Below, one piece after another: positions 38,930 to 52,786 of a stretch of DNA of 64,000 bases. How positions within the stretch are numbered: position 1 is the first letter of the stretch; every line of letters starts with the position of its first letter. The DNA is taken from the NCBI RefSeq assembly GCF_026571515.1, contig NW_026859677.1, positions 1 to 64,000 of the forward strand. Direction: 5' to 3'. The notes under the pieces are model-generated. The model was not told where the DNA came from. It did no database searches and saw only the letters and a program-made list of their open reading frames with translations. The position numbers were made by a program, and so were the translations under genes. The DNA comes from Ruditapes philippinarum (lineage: Eukaryota).

Positions 38930-40165
38930 AGGCCCTGCCTCGACAAGCTGTCCCTTTTTGTATTCTTCAGTATTCGGACCTGTACTTCTAGCAAGATAGT
39001 ACATGTGCTCCAATTTGGATCGCCTTTGTCTTCTCTTTTTCTTAAATTGCAGTGTTCTTTGGTAGATTTTATGCCTTTGTAGCCTTTTTGAAGCTGATTT
39101 CAGATATCTGCCAGCTCTTGGTGACAGAGTATGACCCGCTAGGCTGCTGACCTTTTCTGAACAGAATCCTGCAGTGAATTATTTATCTGCAGTGTTTTTG
39201 AGGCAAGACTGCCGGCAAAGTTTCTTGTCAAGTTTATTTCTTAAGGCAAGGTTGATAACACTGCTCTATTGAATCCTTCAAATGTCTGTGTGGAGAAATT
39301 ATTTGTTACACTTTGGACAGCGTATTCACTCAGACGTATCCATAGAAAAGCCAACAAAAGATTATGAATACCATGTGTTGGTAGATAGGAAGAGTTATAC
39401 CACCAGTCCACAACTTCCCCTATGCCAGAGCAAACTAGCGAGTCATCGGGACAGAAGTTACAGTTTCCAGCGTAACACTCCAATGTGGCTCTACGGTATT
39501 AAGATTTCCTTTGACACCATTTTCTTTTAATCGCAGCTTTTTAATAATGGCGCCGCATCTAGCTAAATTCTTTGCGAAAAATACAGTAGCTTGCTGTTTT
39601 GCTTTGCTAGATAGTCTCTTTCCTTGAAACAATGTTGTGATCCAATTTGAAGCTCGGGCCCTTCTAATTTGGCGACTGCCTAGATGATGAGGGGCTGCTT
39701 GACGGGCAACCTTCCATGCGCTTCCTAGTTTGTTGTAGAAGTTAGACATTCCAAGGTGGGCTTTTTCATCGCCATCTGTTGTCAGGGTTCGAACCAATAT
39801 GCTTTCCTTTGTCATATGCCATTTGCCTTTCAGAATGACGCTGCATGTATGGCATCTCTGCTGTACAATCAAAATGGCCAGGGCAACTGACTTCGAATCT
39901 TGGTTTCGCATATATGCACCAGTCCAGCAAAGCGTATTGTGCACTGTTAGTCCAACTACATAGTTAAAGCTGGTTATGATTTTCAATGGCAACACCATAA
40001 GCCTACGAAGCAGCCTGCCCAGGCTTGTATGATGAAACCATTCTGGTAGCATTGTAACGGCTATCAAAGGACAAGTCAAGATGGTTTGGATGGGGTCTTG
40101 ATTTTTCTTGTTATCTTGGCTAACAAGTTTCCTTTTCTCCTCCATATCTTCATTGTTGAGCTTTT
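38930..40165 (-). pseudogene. Kolobok-type DDE transposase (5'-truncated, frameshifted)
   Basis: Motifs LSFDSRY (D), RTLTTDGD (D), STQTFEGFNR (E); ORF fragments 39435-40145 and 39241-39483. Confidence 0.78.
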
Positions 40166-43094
40166 ATTTTAATAGAAGTCCAGAATGAAGCTTTTAATGT
40201 GACAGATTTAATATAGAATAAAGAAGGACGAAATTGTCTGAGCCGTGTCCTGACACAGTACTTTTACTAAATCCGCAGGTATCCCCAATGACTTCATACA
40301 TGGAATCAGATGCAAACAACTTAATGCTAACAAAACTTGATTTCTTGGTGAAATGGCATGGTTTCTCTTAGTACTTCTTAGTAATTAGTTCATTTTCTAG
40401 TAAATTTACAATATGATTAACACCTTCATTACTAAATCTGTACCTGCGTATCATTTCACTGTCAGTCATTTCACGTAGATGCGAGATATAACTCTTCTTA
40501 TAGAAACTAATATAAAAGTAGCCATCTTTTATTCCTCTGTTAAATTTTTAACGGAGGTTCAAACCTCGATTAAATTGACAGACAGATTCAGCTGTTTAAG
40601 TGGCAGTTAAAGTGAACTTTAATTTTGAGCAACAGAATTTAACACAAAGGTTAACTTTAACCGTCTGTTAATGCATTTATTACAAAAAATAAAATAGAAA
40701 AATAATTCTGATTTTTGTTATAATAAAACTAAAAATCAGATTTGTTTCTATTTTTCTTTTTTAATATATGCATATTATATTTAAATAACATATTTTAGGT
40801 CTATCATCTTTGATACTATGCGTAACTAGGCAGAAAATATTCAATAATACCGCGGGCCTCATCTATAGACTTTTCTATAAATATTGCGAAAACTTTAAAA
40901 AAGTGTGTGTGGGGGGGGTCTTTTTATTATTAAGGAAGTTTAACATATATCCTAAATATTTTATCAATTATTAGTCATTATCAATATAATAGTCAAATCT
41001 CTTTAAAAAAAAACTATAACCAAATTCAAGTCAAACTAAAAAAGAAAAAATAGTATGATGTCACTTTAATAACTAGTTTTACCAAAAAAAAAGGAAAAAA
41101 GAGATCCCGTTGTAGTGTATAAAGGCGCTATGATAGGGTTACATAATCATATAAAGCAGAATGGAATACAGCATTATAGAATTTATCAAAACTTTGCATG
41201 ATCTTAGAATAATATTGTGATAACAGAAGCATTTTAAGCAATAAAATTCTGGTGCACCGACCTCGTTTCGAGTTATCTTTCCTCTTGCTTTTGAAGGTTC
41301 GATAATGATTATAAACAATCAAGGGTATCAATTGCTTATGTTATCAGCATATCTGACTTCTTTCTGAGTATTCCTGTAAAATTTCCAGAAAATGTAACAA
41401 GTAGTTTGTGTATTTGTTTTCGTTATTGAAAGATATGCAATTAAAAATGGCCTATTCTTAAAGATTTTGCGATTCTCCGTACATAAAATGAATAAAAGAA
41501 ACAGAAGTGTATTAGAATTCTATCAAATTTTGTATTCTAGACTTAACAAATAATAAAATGGAGAAAAAATAAACATAAACCAATAGTAAAATAATAATAT
41601 AGAATTAATGTTTCAGTAATCACCTAAAACAATCAAAGCACTGAAAGTACTGGAGGGTCGCTTGCGCTGACAAATTTATATGGCATTATATTGCTGGTGA
41701 TCACCTGAAAGGCAAAAGCATGTTCTTTAGCAACTTTTTTGAAAAAGGTCATGTCATATTCAAGTGGAAATGATTGAATACAAAGGAAAGAGCAATATTT
41801 TATTTAATTTAATTCAGGAAGATTTATCATTGGCATCCAACAATTACAACACGGTTTATCAAAAGTACTAAAAACCAGTATTTTTTCTCAAGTGGCTCAG
41901 TTGAGATCGAAAAACCAAACTGCTTTATATCCTCAAAATAATACTTTGAAAGTTGAATAAATTTTAAGAGTACACTACTGACAGAAGCAGAAGCTGGAAG
42001 TAGATAACCAAGTCCTCTATTAACAATGACTTAGCATTGATAATTTCATCTACTTATAAAGCATATGAAAAACATGCTCATTCTTGGGGATTATAGTTAT
42101 TATCAATCTGATATTCAAGTTATCAAGTCCAAACAACTCGATAAGAAAATGGTTGAAAAATCTTTCTGTTTATATGCATACTAGTAATAAGTGTTCCATC
42201 AGGGATAAACTTTCAGTGATTGTGAATACATGACTTATCAATGTCACAATTTCATCCAGAGAGATTCATGAAATTCTCACAAACAATAAGTCAAGTATGG
42301 TCAGTTAAAACTAGAACTATCTCTAAATGTGATTAATACCCCCATAAAACAGCTTTGGACATTAGGATGTAACAGAATACCTTGTAAAAGAATTGAAATA
42401 GAGTTATGTTTGTGGGCATTTAAAGATAGTAAGTTGTGGTTCCTGTATGTTGCATTTCCTTTCAATGTGGTTGACCATTGATGAAGTTTTATTGAATAAC
42501 TCTGTAATAAGTCAAGAAAGACAAGGAAAAGGATCAAAGGGCAATAACTCTATAAATACTGCAGATGGAGTAATGGTAATTGTACACTGCACTTTCTCTC
42601 ATTCGCTTGACCATTGTATGAAGTTGAATTGAATTCCAAATACTAGTTTTCAAGTGATGCACTGGACAAAAGTACCAAAGGGCACTTACTGTAGAGTCAT
42701 TCCTGCAAAGTTTGGTTACTGTGCAGTCTTTGGTTTCTGAGGAGATTTGTTTAAAGAAATTTTTAACGACCCACGACAACTGATGGAGGAGGATCACAAT
42801 AGTTCACCATGAGCACGTTGTGCTCAGGTGAGCTAAAAAATAATGATCAAAATACAAGTTCGTGGATAACCTCGGCAATGCCAACATGACTGTTACCATA
42901 CCTCTATTTTTTAAAAAGAAAAAGTCGAGCTAAACAGGGGCATAACTGCATCAAAAATAATTTATTGTGGCCAAAATTGAACGAAAATCTGTCTTTTGAT
43001 ACTAACATGGCAAATATCAAAACACTTCATTCCTTCATAAGTTGTCCTGCAGAAATCAATTGAACACCATAACTTATAACATGCTTTTCAGTAA

Positions 43095-45375
43095 AAACAA
43101 GGGTGCCATAGTCACAAAATACGCCCGTTTACGAAAGCTTTAGATGGAGATGGGGGCATTATGGATAAGTGTTATCTAGCAAGCAAGTTTTTATCCTTGG
43201 CACTGTGTTGTTAAATGAACCTTAAAACAAATCAGTAGGGAAGATATGCACAGGATGTGTGACCTTGACCGTGGTCGCAGGGACCTGAATTTTATGCACG
43301 GCACTCAGCCTCACAATGATGAACATTTGTGCCAAATTATATTGAAATCCCTCTATGCATGTAGAAGTTTTGCTCCAGACAAGCGTTTTGCTATGAGCTC
43401 TAACGGTGACCTTCACCTCTGACCTAGAGACTTGGTTCATGTGCAGGGCACTACGTCTCATGGTGGTGAACAATTCTATAAAGTAACATTAAAATTCCTC
43501 CATGCATGTAGAAAATATGCTCCGGACAACATCTGGATATTTTATCATCTCCAGTGACCTTGACCTTGCAAATATTAACCTAAATTAAATGTGTCACACC
43601 TGTAGTCATAATAGTTACCATTTGTGCTACAATCCATCAATAAATGATAACTAAATGGTCCCTATACACATCTTCAAATTTTATCTGAACTTTGATCTCT
43701 ATGTGTAACCTTGACTTTGGTCGCAGGGATCTGAATTTTGCGTGCGACACTCAGCCTCACAATGGTGAACATTTGTGCCAAGTTATATTGAAATCCCCCT
43801 ATGAATGTAGAAGTTTTGCTCCAGACAAGCGTTTTTCAATGAGCTCTAAGTGTGACCTTGACCTTTGACCTGGAGACCTGGATCATGCATGGAGCAATAC
43901 ATATCATGGTGGTGAACATTTCCATAAAGTATTATAAAAATTCTTCCATACATGTAGGAGATATGCTCCAGACAAAATCTGGATATTTCACCATCTTTAG
44001 TGACCTTGACCTTGCATATATTGACCAAAAGTACATGTGTCATAGCCGTATTCATGATAATGACCATTTGTGTTACAATCCCACGATAAATGAAGATTAA
44101 ATCGTCCCTATACACATCTTCATATTTTTATCTAAACTTTGACCTCTATGTGTGGCCTTGACCTTGGCTGAAGGGACCTGAATTTTGTGCGCGACACTCC
44201 GCCTCACAATGGTGTACATTTGTGCCAAGTTATATTGAAATCCCTCTATGCATGTGGAAGTTTTGCTCCGGACAAGCGTTTTTCAATGAGCTCTAAGTGT
44301 GACCTTGACCTTTGACCTAGAGACCTAGTTCATGTGCGTGACATGGCTTCTCATAATGGTGAACATTTCTATGAAATTTCATTAAAATCCCTCCATGCGT
44401 GTAAGAGATATGCTCCGGACAAAATCTGGATATTTCATCATCTTTAGTGACCTTGTATATATTGACCTAAATTATATGTATCACAGCCATAGTCTTGATA
44501 ATGACCATTTGTGTTTCAATCCCTCAATAAATGATGACTAAATGGTCCATATACACATCTTCATATTTTTATCTGAACTTTGACCTCTATGTGTGACCTT
44601 GACCTTGGCCGCAAGGACCTGAATCTTGCGCGCGACACTCCGCCTCACAATGGTGAACATTTGTGCCAAGTAATATTGAAATCCCTCTATACATGTGGAA
44701 GTTTTGCTCCGGACAAGCATTTTTCAATGAGCTCTAAGTGTGACCTTGACCTTTGACCTAAAGACCTGGTTCATGTGCGCGACACTGCTCCTCATAATGG
44801 TGAACATTTCTATGAAGTTTCATTAAAATCCCTCCATACATGTAGGAGATATGCTCCGGACAAAATCTGGATATTTCATCATTTAGTGACCTTGACCTTG
44901 TATATATTGACCTAAATTATATGTATCACAGCCATAGTCTTGATAATGACCATTTGTGTTACAATCCCTCAATAAATGATGACTAAATGGTCCATATACA
45001 CATCTTCATTTTTTTATCTGAACTTTGACCTCTATGTGTGACCTTGACCTTGGCTGTAAGGACCTGAATCTTGCGCGCGACACTTTGCCTCACAATGGTG
45101 AACATTTGTGCCAAGTAATATTGAAATCCCTCTATACATGTAGAAGTTTTGCTCCGGACAAGCATTTTTCAATGAGCTCTAAGTGTGACCTTGACCTTTG
45201 ACCTAGTTCATGTGCGCAACACTGCTCCTCATAGTGGTGAAAATTTCTATGAAGTTTAATTAAAATCCCTCCATACATGTAGGAGATATGCTCCGGACAA
45301 AAATTGGACGTCGCCCGCCCGCCCGCCAGGGGCGTTCCCATAATACGTCCCGTTTTTCAAATGGGCGTATAAAAA
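43095..45375 (-). mobile_element. HINE carrying a ~445-bp tandem repeat (about 4.7 copies)
   Basis: Ends atacgcccg / gggcgtataaaaa, (cgcc)n microsatellite; the unit recurs at ~43261, 43708, 44155, 44595, 45040. Confidence 0.8.
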
Positions 45376-48300
45376 TGACATTACTTTTAAATTATTTCAC
45401 AATAAAGTATTCAGTCAGTAAGTAGCCAGGCTTTATTTGAATGAGGATGAAAAGCCTATAAACAAACAGAAATTTTGTGGGAAATACATTTATTTCTCAG
45501 AAAAATGTGATAAATAAAGAGTAGATAATTAATATTTGCAAATCATGAAGGCAATTAAACAATTCAGGAAATAATACAGAATCACTTTCAAATATGAACA
45601 TTGAAAATTATTTATTTTACACAGACAAAAAAATCTGCTCTCTTTGGCTTGTATGAGGGGCTATAAACCTCGAACATAATAAGGCGTCATATCTGAACTA
45701 CTTTCAGTCACAGTAAAATAGCAGCCTCCATGGCAAAGTTATACTAATACATAATATATGTTTTTCAATGCCATTCATGAAAATATCTAATCTGCTGTTC
45801 ACTCTATGAAATATATTTGGATCTTGCATGCAAAAGAAACAAATATCCATCATGTCCATTATTATTTATATATATGATATGTTCCAAATTTTTTCATGCT
45901 TACAAAAATTATATATCTATGTAAATTAGTTCATTTATAACAAGCAAAACTGTAATTTCATTGTTCTGACCAACAATCTGCAGTGTTTTTGTTAAACAGC
46001 CATACTCCAAGACTGACAAGTTTTCTTTGGCATTATATTATCCAAAATTAACAATATTGGGAAATAATGGAAAACAGAAATATTAACAAATACATGTATA
46101 AAATAAAACCAATGTATAATAATTCAATGTCCATTTATAGTTAAAACTGTGGAATTTAGCTATGTCAATGTCTGAAGGGATTCCAGTTCAATTAATCTTG
46201 TGTTCTCCCATAACTGAAGCTACAAATATCTGAAAATAAAATATATTTGTCATGTTGCAAGTTATTGTTAATGATATCTGGCACTGAATTTATTCCAAAT
46301 CATAAAGACAATGTGCTCCATACATGCCATACTTAACAATTTACCAGTAAATCGAAGACATATTTCTTCTATAATTTTTTATCATATCTTTGCATGAATT
46401 ATCATAGTTAGCTTACACCACTATGTAAAATGCTAGTTTCTGGTCACAAGAAAATCAAAAGCAATGGATGGTGTGATATTCAAACAAAATTAACTTTACA
46501 AATGCTGCTGAAAAACAAACAAGAATATTGTCAATTACTTTCAATTAAATGACAGGACAATTAATGCTGCTTTACAAGAATAGAACACCACTTCTGACTG
46601 CAAGCAGAACCATAGTGTATTCTGGTGTCAGGAAAATAATTATTATCGCTTATTTTTGTATCTCATGCTGAAGTTTCCTTTTGAATACAGGAATAACTCC
46701 TTCACATAGTTAGCTTCACTTCAATTAAGTTGTTCCAGAAATAATACATTGTCTACTGGGTACTTCAGACAGCTTCATTTGAACAGAGTGGGCAACTTCT
46801 AACTGCAAAGTGGGAGCAAGGTTTAGTAAAACAATTAAACAGCATAATTTGTTCAAATACAAGAAACTAGAAACAGGGCGTTCAAATACAAGAAACTAGA
46901 AACAGGGCATAATCTGTTAAAAAAATTGAAAATTTTAATGAGCATACATTTCATTTTTTTAATTTTCTAGTGTAACATGTTTACAATAATATATATTTTT
47001 TGAATGATTACTCTTCCTACAATGAATTAATGTATTTCTGGAAAGGAGACTTCTAATTTTAAATACTTTGTCATGATTTTGAATTAGTAAAGGTCTGCAA
47101 TGATATCAGTCAAACATTAGAAAGTAAAAACCTTTGTACAACAATATTGGTGCAAGTTGAAAATTTGGAAAAACCCTAAAACTGTAATTCATTCATTAAT
47201 CATTTTTCCACATAATCTAGTAGTAAAACATGATGATATTTGTCACAAAATCCTGGACTTCAGGCATATGCACCATGCAACAAGTGATTACAGTAAACAT
47301 GTTTAAAAAGTTTGATGACTCTAATTAATTGCTAATGGATCAGTTATTACCACAAGATGACATACCTTAGAACCTTATGATATTAGGAATGACCTTTATT
47401 GACATGCAATCAACAACAGACCTAAATTTTTTATTGAAAAAATGACAAACCTGTATGATTTTTTTTCCTCTGCAGCAGAAACCCCTTCCTTACAGATAAT
47501 TTCAAAGAATCTATAACTAGGATCCACATCATCATGAAGACTTCTAGGCTGGAACTCCATCACTTTTTGCTATAACAAACTGCCGGTTTGAGCTGTCTTG
47601 TCCTGTATACATGTATATAACTTGTCTGAACCTACTGTACCTTCACTGTTATCAAACAGTAACATGACAGAAGTCATCTAAAAAAAAAGCAAAACAAAAT
47701 TTAATGTCTTATATTAAAGATCATGCACAAGTAATCAGTATTAAACAAGCAAGTTATATCATTTAACCACAATTGTTTCTGCATATATGATATCTGTGTT
47801 AAATATATATCAAATAATAACTTTAAAGTTCCATTAAGCCTTAGAAAAGATAAAAAGTTTATTTTTGAAACTTTCCTTTTACATATCTTGTTGCACCTCT
47901 CAAATAGTTACATGTACTCATTGGACATGTACATGTAGAGAAATTATCTATTATCTGGCAATTGGTATAATTACATTAATTTAGTATTCTGTATGGAAGT
48001 CAAAATAATACTTTGCTCACATTTTGCTACCTTTACAACACATGACTGTTTGTTCAGTGTTACTCTTTTCAGTTGTTAGACATTTGAAAGGCTCTAAATA
48101 CATCATTAAAACATTATTGAACACATGTTTGACCTTTCTAAAGAATTACAAAATTATTTATCTCTGACACATTATATGTGCTTTTAAGATTTTCAATTTT
48201 TTTATCAGAGATTCTTTTACCTATACTCTTATTCTATAGATTAATTACTAAGAACAGAAAATAATGTAAAATGTACTATTTTTTTCAATTTTATTATTTA

Positions 48301-49544
48301 ATAAAATACAAAAAGGAAAACTGTTTCTCTCTGTAACCAAAGAGAAATCATAAATATTGTAAACTTCAGACTCATACCCTTATTACTACCTTTAGCATTA
48401 ATGGGCTCTGATGGCTGAATTCTAAGGTTGTTATAATTTATGTACTTTTACAGTCAAAATGAGGTAAATATTTTTCAAGGAATTCTTCTTATAAATATAT
48501 ATGCGGACACAAAACAAATAAATTTAACGATATGACAATAAGTTAAATTCAGTATTTGACCTTGATGGTCAGTCATCTCAAGGTCAATGTCATATATGAA
48601 TTACTTAAAGGGACTCCACTGAGGCTTTTGACAAGACCGGATTGGAAATAATTTTTCAAGATTGATTATAATTTATATGATATTCTATTTGATGTAGATC
48701 TCAGCAAAAAACCTAAATGCAAAAATTTCAGATCATGCACTCACTCTGTTTTCCCAGAATGATTACCTGAACAGTATAAAATGTCCCAAAAATGAACAGT
48801 GTTGCCGAGCTTTTGATTCATACATGTATCGGGAAAAATAGAATAAGAATAGCACAAATATACAATTTTCAATGTATTTCTAAATATATTTCTTAACAGT
48901 ATGTGCATATCATTCTGGACACAAGGAAAAAAACAACAGCATTTATTGCAAAAAAAACTGGTATACTGCTTTTTTACAGGAAATACTTCCATGAGGGTAA
49001 TGTTGTTTTTAATTTTGACTACTAAGTCAAATATGTGTTTCAAAATTTTCCAGAGCTCAATAAAATAAATGTGGGTTTTTATTATAAACAAACATTTAAA
49101 GAGAACTTACACTGAACAATACTATCATAGTATGTCTTGACCATATCACATTAAAAACCTCACACAACAGTTTGTTATTTCACACACCTGAAATATAAGC
49201 ATTTCTTATTTAACATTAATATGATTTTCATATCAACAATAAAGCATTCCCAACTTATAGTTATCTAAATCATTTGGCTTAAAGGGATACTCAGGCAAAA
49301 TAATGGCAAAAATATAAAAATGATTTTCTGTACTCAAATCACCCTAAAATGACATTTCTTAAAGTCCCAACATGAATTTCTGTATAAATTCTATATATTT
49401 TGGGTTTGAAGTTTAAATATATCTATAAATGTTGAACGAAATTTTGACGCGAACAGAATCACCGAATAGTTTAAAAACAAGTCATGCGATTTGAACAAAC
49501 CCTGGAAGTTACAATAACAAATATTGTGGATATTGTATGATTGA

Positions 49545-51316
49545 AACAAGAGGGCCATGATGGCCCTGAGGTCGCTCACCTGTATATAGGCCCCCCCCAA
49601 CCCCCCCCCCCCAACATTGCAGGGTCAATTTAACCCAAGGGCTTTTATTTGCACAAACTTGGTAGACACCCATAAGAAGATGTTCATGCTAAACATCTAA
49701 GCTCTAGCTCATTGGGCTTTTTAAAAGAAGATTTTTTTTAAAGTTTTTACTATACACATATAGTTAAAAACAATGACACCCCTGGGGCCGGGCCAGTTTT
49801 GACCCCAGGGCTTTTATTTAAACAACTTTGTAAACACTCACTAGAAGATGTTTCATGCTTAATATCTAAACTCTAGCTATTTGGGTTTTTTCAAAGAAGA
49901 TTTTAAGTTTTTGCTATAAACATATAAAGAAAATCAATGACCCCCGGGGCGGGGCCAATTTTGACCCAATGTCTTTTATTTGAACAAACTTTGTAGACAC
50001 TCACTAAAAGATATTTCATGCTTAATATCTTAACTCTAGCTATTTGGGCTTTTTCAAAGAAGATTTTTTAAGTTTTTACTATATGCATGTAGGGAAAATC
50101 AATGACCCCCCGGGGCGGGGCCAATTTTGACCCCAGGGCTTTTATTTGAACAAACTTGGTAGACACCCATTAGAACATGTTTGATGCTCCTTATCTTAGC
50201 CATAGCTCTTTGAGTTCTTTAAAAGAAGATTTTTTAAGTTTTTACTATATGCATATAGGGAAAATCAATGACCCCCCGGGGCGGCGGGCCCAATTTTGAC
50301 CCCAGGGCTTTTATTTGAACAAACTTGGTAGACACCCATTAGAACATGTTTCATGCTAAATATCTTAGCTCTAGCTCTTTGGGTTCTTTAAAAGAAGATT
50401 TTTAAAGTTTTTACTATATGCATATAGGGAAAATCAATGACCCCCCGGGGCGGGGCCAATTTTGACCCCAGGGCTTTTATTTGAACAAACTTGGTAGACA
50501 CCTATTAGAACATGTTTGATGCTCAATATCTTAGCCATAGCTCTTTGAGTTCTTTAAAAGAAGATTTTTTAAGTTTTTACTATATGCATATAGGAAATCA
50601 ATGACCCCCCGGGGCGGGGCCAATTTTGACCCCAGGGCTTTTATTTGAACAAACTTGGTAGACACCTATTAGAACATGTTTGATGCTCAATATCTTAGCC
50701 ATAGCTCTTTGAGTTCTTTAAAAGAAGATTTTTTAAGTTTTTACTATATGCATATAGGGAAAATCAATGACCCCCCGGGGCGGGGCCAATTTTGACCCCA
50801 GGGCTTTTATTTGAACAAACTTGGTAGACACCCATTAGAACATGTTTCATGCTAAATATCTTAGCTCTAGCTCTTTGGGTTCTTTAAAAGAAGATTTTTA
50901 AAGTTTTTACTATATGCATATAGGGAAAATCAATGACCCCCCCCGGGGCGGGCCAATTTTGACCCAGGGCTTTTATTTGAACAAACTTGGTAGACACTCA
51001 CTAGAAGATGTTTCATGCCAAATATCTAAGCTCTAGCTCTTATGGTTTATTAAAAGAAGATATTTAAAGTTTTTTCTTTCCGTTGCCATGGCAACCAGAG
51101 TTCTGCATGGAATTAAATTCTTTGAACAATTTTTAAAGGTGACCACCAAAGGAACATTCCTGTGAAGTTTGGATGAAATTGGCTTAGTGGTTTATGAGGA
51201 GATGTCATTTAAAGTAAAAGTTTACGGACGGACGAACGGACGGCGGACGGACAGACGCCGTACGAAAAGCAATCACAAAAGCTCACCCTGTCACTTTGTG
51301 ACAGGTGAGCTAAAAA
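49545..51316 (-). mobile_element. HINE carrying a ~165-bp satellite (about 9 copies)
   Basis: aacaagagggccatgatggccc...gctcacctg at one end; (ggac)n and agctcaccctgtcactttgtgacaggtgagctaaaaa at the other; unit ccccggggcggggccaattttgaccccagggc. Confidence 0.88.
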
Positions 51317-52786
51317 GTCTAAGTAATTGATTTGACATGTTTTTTAACGTTTCCAGAGTACAGAGTGACAACTATTGTGAAATTTTAGCGCTCTAACCTG
51401 ACCCACGCGGGTCAAGTTAGGAAAACACCATTTTATTCTTTATATGGAGAAAAGTTTTGTTCCTTTGACTGTTTAGTGTTTTCATTTTGAGGACATTTAC
51501 AGAATAATGAATGAAAATTTCAAAACTAAGAAATGAAAATTTTGCCTGTGTCTCCCTTTAATAGTCAAATCAGCTACATCATGTACATGTATATATACCA
51601 ACTCAAAACAGGTCAATGCATCAAACTATTGGAATAAATCAAAAGCAAGTTAAATGTTGACCATAACCATTCAAACAACATCATTCATGTTTATAAAAAT
51701 ACAATGATTATTTGTGAAATTAATCAGTCAAATCCCAATTTAATTAAATCAATTTAATCATATATTTTTCTTATATCAACATTTTTTTCATATTATAATA
51801 TTAGAAAATCCCCTAATCATCATGTAAATAAAGTTTTATATGATACACAGTCTAAGTACTATCGTCCGTTTTTGTATGCACTAGCATAGAGCAGAATGGG
51901 GAACCACGCACTTGTTTGTGGGAGAACACTTCTGGATCAGGAATTACCTTCTAAAAAAATCTAGTTGTAGAATCTTTCTTTAAATACAGGCAAATATGAC
52001 TGAGTGACAATGCTTGAGCAAAATAAATAAAATCCAGCTGTTTGCATATGTGTTTATCCTTAGTGGTCTCTTTATTCGCTCATTTAAAGCTTAATACTGG
52101 TAATTATGTACATAAAGAGAAACAGAAATTCTAAAAAGAAAGTCCAAATAGCAATATTGAAAATGCTGCAGACTCAGTTTGATTGAGCCAGTTCATGGAT
52201 AGTACTGGAAAGTGCATGCTGCTGTTCACACCCTGGCCCAATAGCACCAGGTTAAGCAGTATTCAACATTTAAACATGTAATGGTACAATTTTGAAATTA
52301 GAAACATTAGCAGGTGTATTTTTATGGCAGTGATCATGGAATCTTCAATTTGACATGTTAGTGCAATTCCATGAAAAGTGGCGTTTGATTCCCAAAGAAT
52401 ACAATGTGTGTTCCCTTAATGAAAAAAAGAATGGGGGAACTGAACAAAAAAGGATACTGTTCATCAAGATTCTGTGTATTTTCTTCTTTGTTTTTCAAAA
52501 ACTTTGGTTTAGATTATTTCAATAATTACACTATAAAAACTGAATTTGGCAAAGTATTTGAACTCAGTTAGTGTCAGTGTGAGAACCTAAGCCTTAATGA
52601 ATAATCAGACACCTCCTCTAGGACAGAATTACAACATGCATGTAAACAAAGTAGTTTTTTGACTTCCATACCAAATACTAAATCACTTTAACTATACAGG
52701 ACTGATAGCTATCTGTTATCTATTAAATATAAAGGATATACAAAATAAATGCAAAAAAACTAAACAATAAATATTTTTCAGTCCAA

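Larger units (their letters stand above)
37350..40250. mobile_element. KolobokP-like composite DNA transposon, internally deleted, nested in the Harbinger
   Basis: TGAC TSD at 37346-37349 and 40251-40254; GG..CC termini; left long direct repeat 37350-37811 whose last ~80 bp recur at ~40171-40250; convergent His-Me nuclease (+) and DDE transposase (-). Confidence 0.82.
36410..40500 (-). pseudogene. HARBI1-like Harbinger DDE transposase, split by an intron and a nested insertion
   Basis: 40500-40255 MTDSEMIRRYRF...EVIGDTCGFSKSTVS; 37349-37097 RAVNSF...NVIGCIDGTHVRIQAP...NRKGYHSISVQAVCD; 36550-36410 KFTSVNASWPGSCHDSHVF...LLGDSGY. Confidence 0.9.
32653..40671. mobile_element. degenerate PIF/Harbinger transposon (Myb-like on +, transposase on -), right end truncated
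   Basis: Left end ggggccggtttctcaaag with ctgttaa subterminal repeats and gttgctcaaaa; mirrored ttttgagcaac and ttaac motifs at 40530-40671; two convergent genes. Confidence 0.85.

Noticed and set aside
43222-45341. Recurrent short ORFs (e.g. MLVRSKTSTCIEGFQY...)
   Set aside because: They are translations of the ~445-bp satellite inside a HINE.
49620-51070. CRISPR-like regular repeats
   Set aside because: These are contiguous ~165-bp monomers without unique spacers, in a eukaryotic context with no cas genes.
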